Notes: generated by a model from the letters alone, not told the origin. A DNA stretch of 64,000 nucleotides from Candidatus Micrarchaeia archaeon (GCA_038871515.1 JAVZHX010000002.1:36641-100640); one strand, 5' to 3'; positions 18,054 through 27,502 are shown, counted from the first letter of the stretch. Program-made: numbers and translations.

Positions 18054-18308
18054 ATGGAGTTTATATTGAAGTGGATACTGCCGAAGGATGAAAGGACTTT
18101 GCATAGGTGGCTTGTCGCGATTGAGCTTTTCAACGTACTTCTTTCGTTTTTTGTGCTTGTTCTGCTTGTTTTAACTCTGATTGCATGGGACCCCATCTGG
18201 GCGTTTAAGTTTGGTGTTCTTTTGCTTGTGTTCGTGATTGGACTTTCAACGTTGAATGTAATGCAGTATTTGCTTGCAGTGGAGTTCAACACAAGAAAGA
18301 AGAGGTAG
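18054..18308 (+). CDS. small 2-TM membrane protein
   Basis: Two hydrophobic segments, basic tail. Confidence 0.65.
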   Translation: MEFILKWILPKDERTLHRWLVAIELFNVLLSFFVLVLLVLTLIAWDPIWAFKFGVLLLVFVIGLSTLNVMQYLLAVEFNTRKKR

Positions 18309-18316
18309 GTGGTTGA

Positions 18317-19177
18317 ATGAGGTGGCTGTTGGTTTGTCTTTTGGTAACTTGCCTTGCTTTTGCTGCTGAGCTTGATGCGGTGCTGACTGATGAAACTCCT
18401 CTGGCTGGAACGAACTGCAGGGAGAGAGGTGGAGCAACTTATTATGAGGTTGCAGTTGCGATACAGAATCCATCCTCAACAAGCTCACTGAGAGTCACCT
18501 ATGAATATTACAATTCATCATCAGGGAGTTATGAGTACGGCGGGAAGGTTTGTGACGTGAAGGCTGGGATGAGAGAGGCATGCGTATTCAAAGTGTATAC
18601 AATTACTGGAGGGAAGAATGGAACGGAGAGAATTCCTTTCAATATAACAGGTGAGTTTGGTGAGTTTAGAACGAGAGTTTCAAAAGTGCTTGAGGTTACT
18701 GTGAACCACTATACAAGCGCGTACGAGGAGAATGTTATGAGAAAGATTGCTGAGGCAAGGGAGCGTTACAGCAGAGTTTACGAGAAGTACAGCGGTTGTT
18801 ATGATACATCTGGTTTAGTTTTGCTACAACAGGCGCAGAGTCTTATTGAGGAAGCTAGAAATCAGCTGACGATATGCAACCTGCAAGGGGCGAATGCGCT
18901 TGCAGTCAATGCAACAAGCAAAGTTCTTGAAGCAGAAAGCTATCTAGGGAAGTGCGGTGAAACGCCAGAGGAGAATACAACCCCGCCTGTTGAGGAGAAT
19001 CAAACTCCTGTTGTGAATGAAACTTCACAACCAAAAGAGAATCAAACTCAGCCAGAGGTGAAAGTAAATGAAACTGTTGAGAAGAATGTTACCGATGTGA
19101 CAAGCGCGCTTATGAAAGCCTGCATCCCATTTTTCATTCTACTAATGCTGTTCTGCGTTGCTGTGGTTAGTGTTTGA
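18317..19177 (+). CDS. secreted surface protein with sequon-rich linker and C-terminal anchor
   Basis: Signal peptide MRWLLVCLL...AFA; P/E/N/T linker; Cys plus hydrophobic C-terminus. Confidence 0.8.
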   Translation: MRWLLVCLLVTCLAFAAELDAVLTDETPLAGTNCRERGGATYYEVAVAIQNPSSTSSLRVTYEYYNSSSGSYEYGGKVCDVKAGMREACVFKVYTITGGKNGTERIPFNITGEFGEFRTRVSKVLEVTVNHYTSAYEENVMRKIAEARERYSRVYEKYSGCYDTSGLVLLQQAQSLIEEARNQLTICNLQGANALAVNATSKVLEAESYLGKCGETPEENTTPPVEENQTPVVNETSQPKENQTQPEVKVNETVEKNVTDVTSALMKACIPFFILLMLFCVAVVSV

Positions 19178-20705
19178 AGTGCCGTATTCCTGTGAAAACC
19201 ATCGCTATTCCGTACTGGTTGCACGCATCTATTACTTCCTGATCCTTTCTTGAGCCTCCTGGCTGTATTATTGCGGTTACACCCGCTTTTGCAGCAACGT
19301 CAATTGAATCTCTGAATGGGAAGAACGCATCTGAAGCAAGCACCGCTCCCTTCAACAGCTCCGCAGCTTTCATAGCGCCAAGTTTTGATGAGTCAGAGCG
19401 CTTCATCTGTCCAGCTCCAATTCCCACAGTTCTATCCTCAAAAGCGTAAACAACAGCATTTGATTTCACATGCTTGCAAACCTTCCAAGCAAAAAGCAGA
19501 GCTCTCATCTCTTTTTCAGTTGGTTTTCTTTTTGTCACAACTTTCAGCTCATCAAGTAGAAGCTTCGTGTTTCTCTCCTGAACAAGCACCCCTCCGTCTA
19601 TTGTTCTGAACTCCAGTCTCTCCTGCTTTTTTGTTGAAAAACCTCCAAGCTCAAGCACCCTCATATCCTTTCTCCTGCTGAATATTTCAAGCGCCTCTTT
19701 TGAGTATGAAGGGGCAAGCACAACGTCCGTGAGTATAGTTGTTATCTGGCTGGCTGTATCGCCGTCAACAGCTCTGTTTAGCGCAACAACTCCTCCAAAA
19801 GCAGCCTCTGGGTCGGTTGCTTTTGCTTTCAGGTAAGCTTCCTTTATATTTTTGCCAATTGCAACTCCACATGGGTTATTATGCTTCACTATAACCGCAG
19901 CAGGCTCCTCAAACTCCTTAAGAAGCTCCAAAGCAGAGTCAGCGTCAAGAAGGTTGTTGTATGAAAGCTCTTTACCTTGCAGTTTTTTTGCTTTTGAAAC
20001 GGATGTTTCGTCAGCTTCATTTCTTTTATAAAATGCCCCTCTCTGATGAGGGTTTTCACCGTAACGCAGCTCCATTTCTTTCTGAAGAGCCAGCAAAATA
20101 AACGGGGGAAACAGCTCACCTGAAAACTTCTTTTCAAAGTAATTTGAGATTGCCACTTCGTATTTTGCGGTATATTGGAATGCTTTGAGAGCAAGCTTCT
20201 CCCTTGTTCTATCTGAGAGTGATTCAGTTTTCTTTATTTCATTCATTACTTCCGTGTAATCTGATGGGTCAACCACCACCCCAACGTGCTTGTAATTCTT
20301 TGCAGCTGCCCGTATTAAAGTAACTCCTCCAATATCTATGTTCTCAACTGCCTCTTCGTGCTTCGCTCCATAGGCAAACTTTTCAAAAGGATAGAGGTTC
20401 ACAACCACCAAATCAATTTCAGGTATTCCAAGCTCGGTTAGCTGCCGCATATGTTCCTTCTTTTCTCTCGCTGCGAGTATGCCTGCCTGAATTTTGGGGT
20501 GAAGTGTTTTAACTCTTCCCTCAAGCATCTCCGGGAAACCAGTCAGCTCTGAAACTTCTTTCGTTTTTATTCCATGCTCCCTCAAAAATTTCGCTGTTCC
20601 GCCAGTTGAGATAAGCTCAACACCAATTTTTGAAAGCTCGGTTGCGAATGAAGCAATTCCCGTCTTGTCTGAAACGCTTATCAGCACTGTTTTTATTTTT
20701 TGCAT
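19167..20705 (-). CDS. purH: bifunctional AICAR transformylase/IMP cyclohydrolase
   Basis: ISVSDKTG, GRVKTLHP, IDIGG, LRYGENPHQ, KHNNPCG, ASDAFFPF, TGIRHFKH. Confidence 0.97.
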   Translation of the reverse strand: MQKIKTVLISVSDKTGIASFATELSKIGVELISTGGTAKFLREHGIKTKEVSELTGFPEMLEGRVKTLHPKIQAGILAAREKKEHMRQLTELGIPEIDLVVVNLYPFEKFAYGAKHEEAVENIDIGGVTLIRAAAKNYKHVGVVVDPSDYTEVMNEIKKTESLSDRTREKLALKAFQYTAKYEVAISNYFEKKFSGELFPPFILLALQKEMELRYGENPHQRGAFYKRNEADETSVSKAKKLQGKELSYNNLLDADSALELLKEFEEPAAVIVKHNNPCGVAIGKNIKEAYLKAKATDPEAAFGGVVALNRAVDGDTASQITTILTDVVLAPSYSKEALEIFSRRKDMRVLELGGFSTKKQERLEFRTIDGGVLVQERNTKLLLDELKVVTKRKPTEKEMRALLFAWKVCKHVKSNAVVYAFEDRTVGIGAGQMKRSDSSKLGAMKAAELLKGAVLASDAFFPFRDSIDVAAKAGVTAIIQPGGSRKDQEVIDACNQYGIAMVFTGIRHFKH

Positions 20706-20763
20706 AGAGTAAGCTCACCCCCGCAGAATAACAGAACCAGTTAGAAGTATTACACATGTGGAA

Positions 20764-21117
20764 TTAAAATTGTTTTGGTTGCTCCTGCTTTTTCTGAAAA
20801 AGAAAATTCCACTTTTTATTCCACGCCACCATCCCATCCGTCACTCCTTTCAAATCCTTCCCAGCTTCAGTTACGTAGTAGAACGTCCTTATTGGGTTTG
20901 TCTGAACCTCGCGTTTGATTAAACCATATTTCTCCAAACTTTTTAACCTATCCGCAAGCATCTTTGGGTTCACTCCGGGAGTTGCTCTGAGAAGCTCATT
21001 GAAACCCATTTTTCTATCCGCATAGAGTAACCTCAGGAAAACGCGCGTTGTCCATTTTCTGCCGAATACATCCAGCATAAAGTCAATCGTCTCGCATTTC
21101 TCTTTTGGAGTTTCCAT
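20764..21117 (-). CDS. HxlR-family winged-helix transcriptional regulator
   Basis: C...KWT, GFNEL, KMLADRLKSLE..GLI.R, P.RTFY.VTEAG. Confidence 0.88.
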   Translation of the reverse strand: METPKEKCETIDFMLDVFGRKWTTRVFLRLLYADRKMGFNELLRATPGVNPKMLADRLKSLEKYGLIKREVQTNPIRTFYYVTEAGKDLKGVTDGMVAWNKKWNFLFQKKQEQPKQF

Positions 21118-21129
21118 AGAAAAACCTGT

Positions 21130-21390
21130 TTACTGAGTTTCCCTGCTCCACAGAACAAGGAGAATTGCAAAAAGAATAACAGGTGAGCTGAAGTATAAAA
21201 TGAAATCGCGAAGAAGGTTTATGTGGAATGAATCACCTGCGAGCTGTGGGAAAAGAAGCGATAGGAGAAGAAAAACGATAAGAGTTATAATATATAGAAC
21301 TGTTATGAAGTAGCTTGCCCAGAGAAAGAATTTCTTCCTTGTTTTCTTGCTCCACCACTCGCTTCTATACCCTTTCCCAGTAATCTCCAT
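21130..21390 (-). CDS. small 2-TM membrane protein
   Basis: Hydrophobic segments, co-oriented in gene run. Confidence 0.6.
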   Translation of the reverse strand: MEITGKGYRSEWWSKKTRKKFFLWASYFITVLYIITLIVFLLLSLLFPQLAGDSFHINLLRDFILYFSSPVILFAILLVLWSRETQ

Positions 21391-21440
21391 AGAATATCAC
21401 TGTTTATTATTAGCGAGAGATGGATTATTATACTTTCTGT

Positions 21441-22781
21441 TTAGCAGTAATCACAGAAACGGCATTGGTTGGAAGTTCTGCAGGTGCATCCAGCTCCACA
21501 ATCGCAGCAGTATCTGTTTGCTGGGCAGCCGCAATCTTGGCAGCAGGTTGTTTGCGTTTCGCCACCGTTACATATTCCATCACCGCAGTATGGAGCAACG
21601 CAGTTGCCATTTTGGCATGTGCCACCGTTTGGGCATACACTTATTGAGTTGCAGCACGTTACGTTGTGCGTCAAATCTGAGCATAGTTTAGTGCCCTTAT
21701 TCTGGTTGTTGCATACCGTCAACCATCCCGTGCAGTACGGGGAACACTCCGTGTGACATTTTCCATCTTCCCCTGTGCAGTCAGAGTTGCAACAATCCTG
21801 AGGGCAGGTTGAGTAGCTTTCCCCTGCTTCGCAGATAGAGTTGCCACAGCACGGAGTGATTGGTGTGTGGGTGCACTGCGCGTTGCACGTGTTTGGGTTA
21901 TTGCAAAAATCTGTTGTGCACGAGTTTGTATCATCGCATTCAGCATTGCTTGAGCATTCTGGTGTTTCGCATACGCCAGAGCAACAAAGCTGATTCCCAG
22001 CGCACAGATTCCCACAGCTTCCGCAGTTGCTATCATCCTCCAAAAGATTCACCTCGCAGAAATCAGATGGATTTTCGTTGCAGTTTCCATAACCACTCTC
22101 ACATGGAATGCAGCTTCCTGAGGAGCAGTAGCCGCTCTTGCTACAGTTTGTCGGAGTTGGGGTGCCACATGAGGGCGAGCAGTCGTTGCATCTTCCATTG
22201 CTGCACGTTCTCTGGCATGTTGCTGGGTTGGAGGGATAGGAGTAAGCAGTATTGCCATTGCAGTATGGTTGGCATGGTGTGCTGTTATACCCACATTCGG
22301 AATTGGATGAACATTCAGGAGGAGGTTGAATTGCTGAGGAATCCATACAATGGCTCACGAGAGGTTTTTCACCAGTAAATGAATACTCAGTTCCGTAGCG
22401 TGTATCTGTGTATTTTATAACAAGCGGGAAGGAGTACACGCCGGGAGAGCAGCCTACTCCGGTTACGTTAACCTGGGCAGTTTGGCCTGGCTCAAGAGTG
22501 ACTGCGCTGGAAAGTGTGCCGGAGCCTTTTGAGGTTATGCTGCTCACCCTTATTCTGAAGTTTTTGTTGTTTTTTATAACAAGCTGTAACATGGAGGAGT
22601 TAGCCACGTATCTGATGATACCAACGTCCGCAGAAACCCAGTAAGCAGCGCTGTCCCTTTCACTAATCTGTTCATTACCTCCTGCAAAACCACCGGCAAG
22701 GTACATTGCGATACCAGCCATTATTATTACAACTGCCAGAATAACTATGTACTCCGCCCAAGCCTGTCCTCTGGAGAGCAT
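21441..22781 (-). CDS. class III signal peptide pilin-like protein with long Cys-rich repeat tail
   Basis: SRG/QAWAEY plus hydrophobic helix; about 60 Cys in repeats such as CGNSICEAGES..TCPQDC. Confidence 0.85.
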   Translation of the reverse strand: MLSRGQAWAEYIVILAVVIIMAGIAMYLAGGFAGGNEQISERDSAAYWVSADVGIIRYVANSSMLQLVIKNNKNFRIRVSSITSKGSGTLSSAVTLEPGQTAQVNVTGVGCSPGVYSFPLVIKYTDTRYGTEYSFTGEKPLVSHCMDSSAIQPPPECSSNSECGYNSTPCQPYCNGNTAYSYPSNPATCQRTCSNGRCNDCSPSCGTPTPTNCSKSGYCSSGSCIPCESGYGNCNENPSDFCEVNLLEDDSNCGSCGNLCAGNQLCCSGVCETPECSSNAECDDTNSCTTDFCNNPNTCNAQCTHTPITPCCGNSICEAGESYSTCPQDCCNSDCTGEDGKCHTECSPYCTGWLTVCNNQNKGTKLCSDLTHNVTCCNSISVCPNGGTCQNGNCVAPYCGDGICNGGETQTTCCQDCGCPANRYCCDCGAGCTCRTSNQCRFCDYC

Positions 22782-22826
22782 TGAGTAAATGATTAAGTTT
22801 CGCAGTATTTAAGTTTATTGCAGAAG

Positions 22827-22912
22827 TGGACTCGGCGGGAGTCGCACCCGCGGCCTTTCGCATTTTGGAAACAATTCGCCAAGCGAACGCTCTACTGCTG
22901 AGCTACGAGCCC
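22827..22912 (-). tRNA. tRNA-Ala(GGC) with 14-nt intron at 37/38 (22863-22876)
   Basis: G3:U70 Ala determinant; arm TTCGC-TTGGCG[AATTGTTTCCAAAA]T-GCGAA; exon TTGG pairs intron CCAA (relaxed BHB). Confidence 0.93.
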
Positions 22913-22959
22913 TTCCAGTAATTTTAAATAGATTATTATTAATAATTAATCGTGGAAGG

Positions 22960-23409
22960 ATGGATTTGAAGCTTTACAAACGGCCGGTTTGCTCGCTTTC
23001 TATAACAGGAGAGAGAGTGAGAGTAACACCTGGGATAATCGCAAAGTTCTCCTCAGCTCTTTCTGAAAAAATGATAAACATCTACTGCATATCAATGGGC
23101 GAATACTCAGTTAGCTTTTTTGTTGATGATGCAGATATGGAGAAGGCAAGGGATGCGTTGGAGGAGATTGTTTCAAAAACAGCATCTCTCGGCGCGCTTT
23201 CAATAATGAGAAACCTTGGGATGGTTACAGTTACAGGCACGGAGTTTATGAATAAACCAGGGGTTATAGCAAAGCTTGGCGAGGTGCTTGCCAAGAATAA
23301 AATAAACATAGTGAGCATTTCAACGAGCTTTGACTCAGCTGTGCTCATTCTGAATTGGAATGACTGCAGGAAAGCATATGAGGCAATAGGAAAGGATTTT
23401 AGGTTGTAG
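22960..23409 (+). CDS. stand-alone tandem ACT domain protein (aspartokinase regulatory-subunit-like)
   Basis: Two repeats of S.TG....PG.IAK....L....INI..IS. Confidence 0.8.
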   Translation: MDLKLYKRPVCSLSITGERVRVTPGIIAKFSSALSEKMINIYCISMGEYSVSFFVDDADMEKARDALEEIVSKTASLGALSIMRNLGMVTVTGTEFMNKPGVIAKLGEVLAKNKINIVSISTSFDSAVLILNWNDCRKAYEAIGKDFRL

Positions 23410-23634
23410 CTATGAAGGGGATATGAAAACGATGTTATCCCCCCTCACAAGCATCGTGCCGAGCTTCCTTTTCACCTCTCCGTTCTCAAGCTGCTCGGCA
23501 TTCTCAAGCACGATGTTCATATGAACGTCATATGAAACCATCGTTCCTCTCACTTCCACTCCTCCCTTCAGCTTCAGCAGAACACTGCCTCCAAGCGCTC
23601 CATTCAAAACGTCAAAAGGTCTTTTTTCTGTCAT
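23410..23634 (-). CDS. Sm-like (LSm) RNA-binding protein
   Basis: RPFDVL, G...YDVHMNIVLENAE, VRGDNIVFISP. Confidence 0.95.
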   Translation of the reverse strand: MTEKRPFDVLNGALGGSVLLKLKGGVEVRGTMVSYDVHMNIVLENAEQLENGEVKRKLGTMLVRGDNIVFISPS

Positions 23635-23686
23635 AGTTCACCTCTAAAAAATAACGAATACTTAACACCTCTGCTCTATATAAAGC

Positions 23687-24145
23687 TTAGCGTGTATCCG
23701 CGAATATCACAATGTCAGCAGTTTTCTTTAAAGCAACGCTGAAGCCAGGGTCAGCGCCTATTACAATTGTCTCCTTCCCCTTCTCCTTTGCTTTCACTAT
23801 AACCGGCCTGAAGTCAATATCCCTTGTCATCAGAGCAAGTATGTGGATGTTTGGGTTGAAAACCTGCTCAACTGCGTAAACTGCCATAGTCACATCAACA
23901 TCGCCTGTTGTTATCACAGGTTCGTACCCCTGGTTGGTAACCGCTTCTATTAATTTATCCGATGCATACTGGTCAAGAAAAACCTTGCATATCTTTATCT
24001 TTCCGTACTTTTCAACTTTTTTCTTCACTCCCTCCAAATCAACATTCACATCTTTCCTTATCACATTCGGTCCATCCACAAGCAGAGCTATGTTTTTCTC
24101 CTCCCTGTGCTTTACAAGAGATTTTATTTTTTCAATCACAGCCAT
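23687..24145 (-). CDS. NYN domain protein (TIGR00288-like)
   Basis: LLVDGPN, DVDV, TRDIDF.P. Confidence 0.85.
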   Translation of the reverse strand: MAVIEKIKSLVKHREEKNIALLVDGPNVIRKDVNVDLEGVKKKVEKYGKIKICKVFLDQYASDKLIEAVTNQGYEPVITTGDVDVTMAVYAVEQVFNPNIHILALMTRDIDFRPVIVKAKEKGKETIVIGADPGFSVALKKTADIVIFADTR

Positions 24146-24878
24146 ACAATCCCCTCAGGTTGAACAAGTTGATACAATTCCTAGCCGTTATCTCGGCAAC
24201 TTCCTCAATGTTCACCTCCTTTATTCCAGCAATCAACTCCGCCGAGCTTATCACTCCAGAGGGTTCCCCAGCAAGGTAGGGAGCATCGCTCTCCAGCAGT
24301 AAGTTTTCAAGTGGTATGTGCTTAATTATTCTTTCCCTTGTTCTGGAGGGAGTGGGTGGGATGGAGATGAAAAAACCATGCTCGGCTGCTTTCTCAGCGA
24401 GGGAAAGGCTGCCTGAAAAGCAGTGAAGCAGAACTCTTTCCACACCGCTCCTCAGCAGTATGTCAATAACCTCTTCCTCTGCTTCTCTTGAGTGAATAAC
24501 TACGGGGAGTTTCTCAGAGATTGCAAAATTAAGAAGAAGTTCAAAAGAGTTTCTTTGCTTACCTGCTTTCTCTGGTGTTTTCGCCCAGTGAAAGTCAAGC
24601 CCTATTTCACCAACACCAACTATTCTTTTTCTGTTGTTTTTGAGAAAAGAGATGGTTGAGTCAAACGAATCCGAATCCATCGCTTCCTGCGGCGCTATGC
24701 CGATGACTGCAAAAACATTATCTGGGTATCTCTCGGCAATTCGGAGGGTGGGGGTATTATCTCCTTTGGAGCAACCGCAGGTTATCATTGTTTTTACTCC
24801 TGCTTCAAGTGCTTTTGAAATTATCTCCTCATAGTTTTTGAACGCATCCAGATGGCAGTGAGAGTCAATGAAATGCAT
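24132..24878 (-). CDS. tatD: TatD family hydrolase
   Basis: DSHCHL, GEIGLD, IHSR, LHCFSG, ESDAPY. Confidence 0.92.
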   Translation of the reverse strand: MHFIDSHCHLDAFKNYEEIISKALEAGVKTMITCGCSKGDNTPTLRIAERYPDNVFAVIGIAPQEAMDSDSFDSTISFLKNNRKRIVGVGEIGLDFHWAKTPEKAGKQRNSFELLLNFAISEKLPVVIHSREAEEEVIDILLRSGVERVLLHCFSGSLSLAEKAAEHGFFISIPPTPSRTRERIIKHIPLENLLLESDAPYLAGEPSGVISSAELIAGIKEVNIEEVAEITARNCINLFNLRGLYGCD

Positions 24879-24928
24879 AAGAATCTTTAAAAAATGAGAA
24901 GTTAAAAAGGAATAGGTAGGTGTTTACA

Positions 24929-25324
24929 ATGACAGAGAAAACTTTTGCAGTGATGAAGGATTTGAAGGTTGGAAAGTATGTGATTATAGATGATGTGCCG
25001 TGCAGAGTTGTTGAGATTGAAAGCTCGGCGCCTGGGAAGCACGGGGCAGCCAAGATGAGGGTGACGGCAATAGGTGTTTTTGACAATCAGAAAAGAACTC
25101 TGCTGAAGCCAGCTGATGGTGATGTTGAGGTGCCGATAATTGAAAGAAAGGTTGGGCAGGTGGTTTCAATCAGCGGTGCAGAAGCCCAAATAATGAATCT
25201 GGAGGATTACAGCACTTTTGAGATTGCGATTCCAGAGGAGATGAAAAATGAGGTAGCTCCTGGGAAGGAAGTTGAGTATATTGAGAGCATGGGGAGAAAA
25301 CTTATAACAAGAGTGAGGGGTTGA
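24929..25324 (+). CDS. eif5a: translation factor aIF-5A
   Basis: Hypusine loop PGKHGAAK. Confidence 0.96.
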   Translation: MTEKTFAVMKDLKVGKYVIIDDVPCRVVEIESSAPGKHGAAKMRVTAIGVFDNQKRTLLKPADGDVEVPIIERKVGQVVSISGAEAQIMNLEDYSTFEIAIPEEMKNEVAPGKEVEYIESMGRKLITRVRG

Positions 25325-25325
25325 A

Positions 25326-25643
25326 ATGGAGGTAAAGGTAATTGAGCAAAAGGAGAATCCTCTTCTGAGGAGGAAGGAGATAAGATTTGAAGTGAGTTTC
25401 ACAGGTCCAACGCCAAGCAGAAAACAGATTAAGGAGTTGCTCTGCTCCAAGCTTGGTGTAGATGCATCTCTGGCTGTGATAGATATAGTTGAGCAGGGGT
25501 ATGGCTCAACTGCAGCAAGGGGGTATGCGAAAGTATATGAGAGCAAGGAGGCGATGGGGATAGAGAGCAAGCATAAATTAGATAGAGATACGGGAGTGAA
25601 GGAGAAGAAGGAAGAAAAGAAGGGAGGTGGAGGAAGTGGCTGA
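25326..25643 (+). CDS. rps24e: 30S ribosomal protein S24e
   Basis: [18 protein letters not shown]. Confidence 0.95.
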   Translation: MEVKVIEQKENPLLRRKEIRFEVSFTGPTPSRKQIKELLCSKLGVDASLAVIDIVEQGYGSTAARGYAKVYESKEAMGIESKHKLDRDTGVKEKKEEKKGGGGSG

Positions 25644-25773
25644 GGAGAAAAAGAAGCTCAAACCATACACGAAAAAACGTTTCTGCCCAAAGTGCGGGAC
25701 AGGGGTTCACTTGGCTGAGCACAAGGACAGATTCTCCTGCGGTAAATGTGGTTATCTGGAGATGAAAAGGTAG
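25636..25773 (+). CDS. rps27ae: 30S ribosomal protein S27ae (45 aa, not in ORF track)
   Basis: GTG start; [25 protein letters not shown]; follows S24e. Confidence 0.95.
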   Translation: MAEEKKKLKPYTKKRFCPKCGTGVHLAEHKDRFSCGKCGYLEMKR

Positions 25774-25778
25774 GGAAG

Positions 25779-26537
25779 ATGGAGCATCTCCGGAAACTTT
25801 TTCTCCTTCTCTTTTTTGGCTCAGTTTCTGTGCTTGCAACTTTTTTGCTGAGAAACTTTATTCTGCCAATGCTTGCACCAGTTGTTTTTGTAGCGCTAAC
25901 TGTTTGGATAGCGGATATAATTAAGAAGTATGGAAAAGCGGTTGGAGTTCTGGCAGCTTTTCTTTATATTTTTTTCACTTTTTTAACTCTCAATATAAAT
26001 TACTTCCCAACAATTCTTATCTCGGTTGCGATGTTCTCCTTTCCATTCTTTTATAATTTTGAGGTTGAGGGAAGGGAGTTGAAAGCAATTCTGAAGGAGA
26101 TGGGGGTGAGCAGAAAAAATTTTTTGAGGAATGCGGCTGTGGGAGTTGCAGTTGCAGTTTTTGTGCTTTTGCCTTTAATTATAATTGAAGCGCTGCTTAT
26201 ACTTCACTTCAAGCTAGAGGAGCCTGGGAGGGTTGCAGACATAGCAAAGGAGCTTCCACTCTATATACTTATCTTTTCATTCACATTCACCCCAATTGCT
26301 GAAGAGGTTTGCTTCAGGGGTTTTCTTTTGCAGAGGGTGGGAGTTTTCATATCAACTCTGCTTTTCGCGCTGGCGCATTTCTTCTATGGTTCATTAATAG
26401 AGTTCGCTGCAACTTTTACGGCTGGTTTGTTGTTTGCACTTATGCGCAGGAGGGATTCGCTCATCCAGCCGATATTTGCGCATGCAGCTTTTAATTTTAT
26501 CAACGCAGTTGTAATTATTTTCTATGTGAGAGCATGA
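25779..26537 (+). CDS. CPBP (CAAX/Abi) intramembrane metalloprotease
   Basis: PIAEEVCFRG, FALAH, HAAFN. Confidence 0.9.
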   Translation: MEHLRKLFLLLFFGSVSVLATFLLRNFILPMLAPVVFVALTVWIADIIKKYGKAVGVLAAFLYIFFTFLTLNINYFPTILISVAMFSFPFFYNFEVEGRELKAILKEMGVSRKNFLRNAAVGVAVAVFVLLPLIIIEALLILHFKLEEPGRVADIAKELPLYILIFSFTFTPIAEEVCFRGFLLQRVGVFISTLLFALAHFFYGSLIEFAATFTAGLLFALMRRRDSLIQPIFAHAAFNFINAVVIIFYVRA

Positions 26538-27502
26538 GGTGTATTGGGATAGAGAGCAGCGCGCACACAATTGGAGTGGGGGTAGTTGACGGAAGGAGAA
26601 TTCTTGCAAACGAGAGAAGCACGTATAAACCAAAGTACGGAGGGATTCACCCAAGGAAGGCTGCGGAGTTTCTCTCAAAGGAGTTTGAGCCAGTTATGGA
26701 AAGAGCTCTAAAGAAAAGTGGTTTGAAGTTAAAGGATGTGGAGCTTGTTGCATTTACAATGGGTCCTGGTTTGGGAGCATGTCTGAAAGTTGGGTTGGTT
26801 GGGGCGAAGATGCTTGCGCAGATGCTTGAAAAACCAATAATTGGTGTTAACCATGCAGTTGCGCACATTGAGGTGGGCAAAGTTATCTGCGGTTGCAAGA
26901 AACCGCTTGTTGTTTACGTAAGCGGCGGTAATACTCAAATAATTGTGCTTGAAGAAAATAGGTATAGAGTGCTTGGTGAAACTCTTGATATTGGGTTGGG
27001 AAACCTTATAGATTCGTTTGGAAGAAGTATGGGTTTGAAGTACGCACATGGCTCTGTTATTGAGAAGATGGCAAAGAAGGGTGATTATATACCCCTTCCT
27101 TACTCGGTGAAGGGGATGGATTTGGTTTTCACTGGCCTTTTGACTGAAGCGGAAAGATGCTTAAAAAAATGCAGGAAGGAGGATGTTTGCTACTCCTTGC
27201 AGGAAACTGCTTTTGCGATGCTTGTTGAGGCAGCTGAAAGAGCGCTTGCGCTTACAAAAAGAAAAGAAGTTCTTCTTTGCGGTGGAGTTGCGCAGAACAG
27301 AAGGCTGCAGGAGATGATGAGAGAAATGGTAAAACCGCATAAAGCAAAGTTCTTTGTTGCAGAGGATGAGTTCAACGCAGACAATGGAGCTATGATAGCG
27401 CTGACTGGCAGTTTGATGTATGAAGCAGGGGTGAGAATGAAATTAAGCGAATGCAGAGCAATTCAAAAAATGAGGGTGGATGAGGTTGAGGTGAAATGGT
27501 AG
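26534..27502 (+). CDS. kae1: KEOPS t6A transferase Kae1
   Basis: GIESSAH, GGIHP, NHAVAH, VSGGNT, GETLD, DNGAMIA. Confidence 0.96.
   Translation: MRCIGIESSAHTIGVGVVDGRRILANERSTYKPKYGGIHPRKAAEFLSKEFEPVMERALKKSGLKLKDVELVAFTMGPGLGACLKVGLVGAKMLAQMLEKPIIGVNHAVAHIEVGKVICGCKKPLVVYVSGGNTQIIVLEENRYRVLGETLDIGLGNLIDSFGRSMGLKYAHGSVIEKMAKKGDYIPLPYSVKGMDLVFTGLLTEAERCLKKCRKEDVCYSLQETAFAMLVEAAERALALTKRKEVLLCGGVAQNRRLQEMMREMVKPHKAKFFVAEDEFNADNGAMIALTGSLMYEAGVRMKLSECRAIQKMRVDEVEVKW

Noticed and set aside
20706..20763. ZTP riboswitch upstream of purH
   Set aside because: Only 58 nt, and the conserved motifs are absent
20764..22826. Integrated element at the tRNA-Ala 3' end
   Set aside because: No duplicated tRNA end (att) or integrase seen
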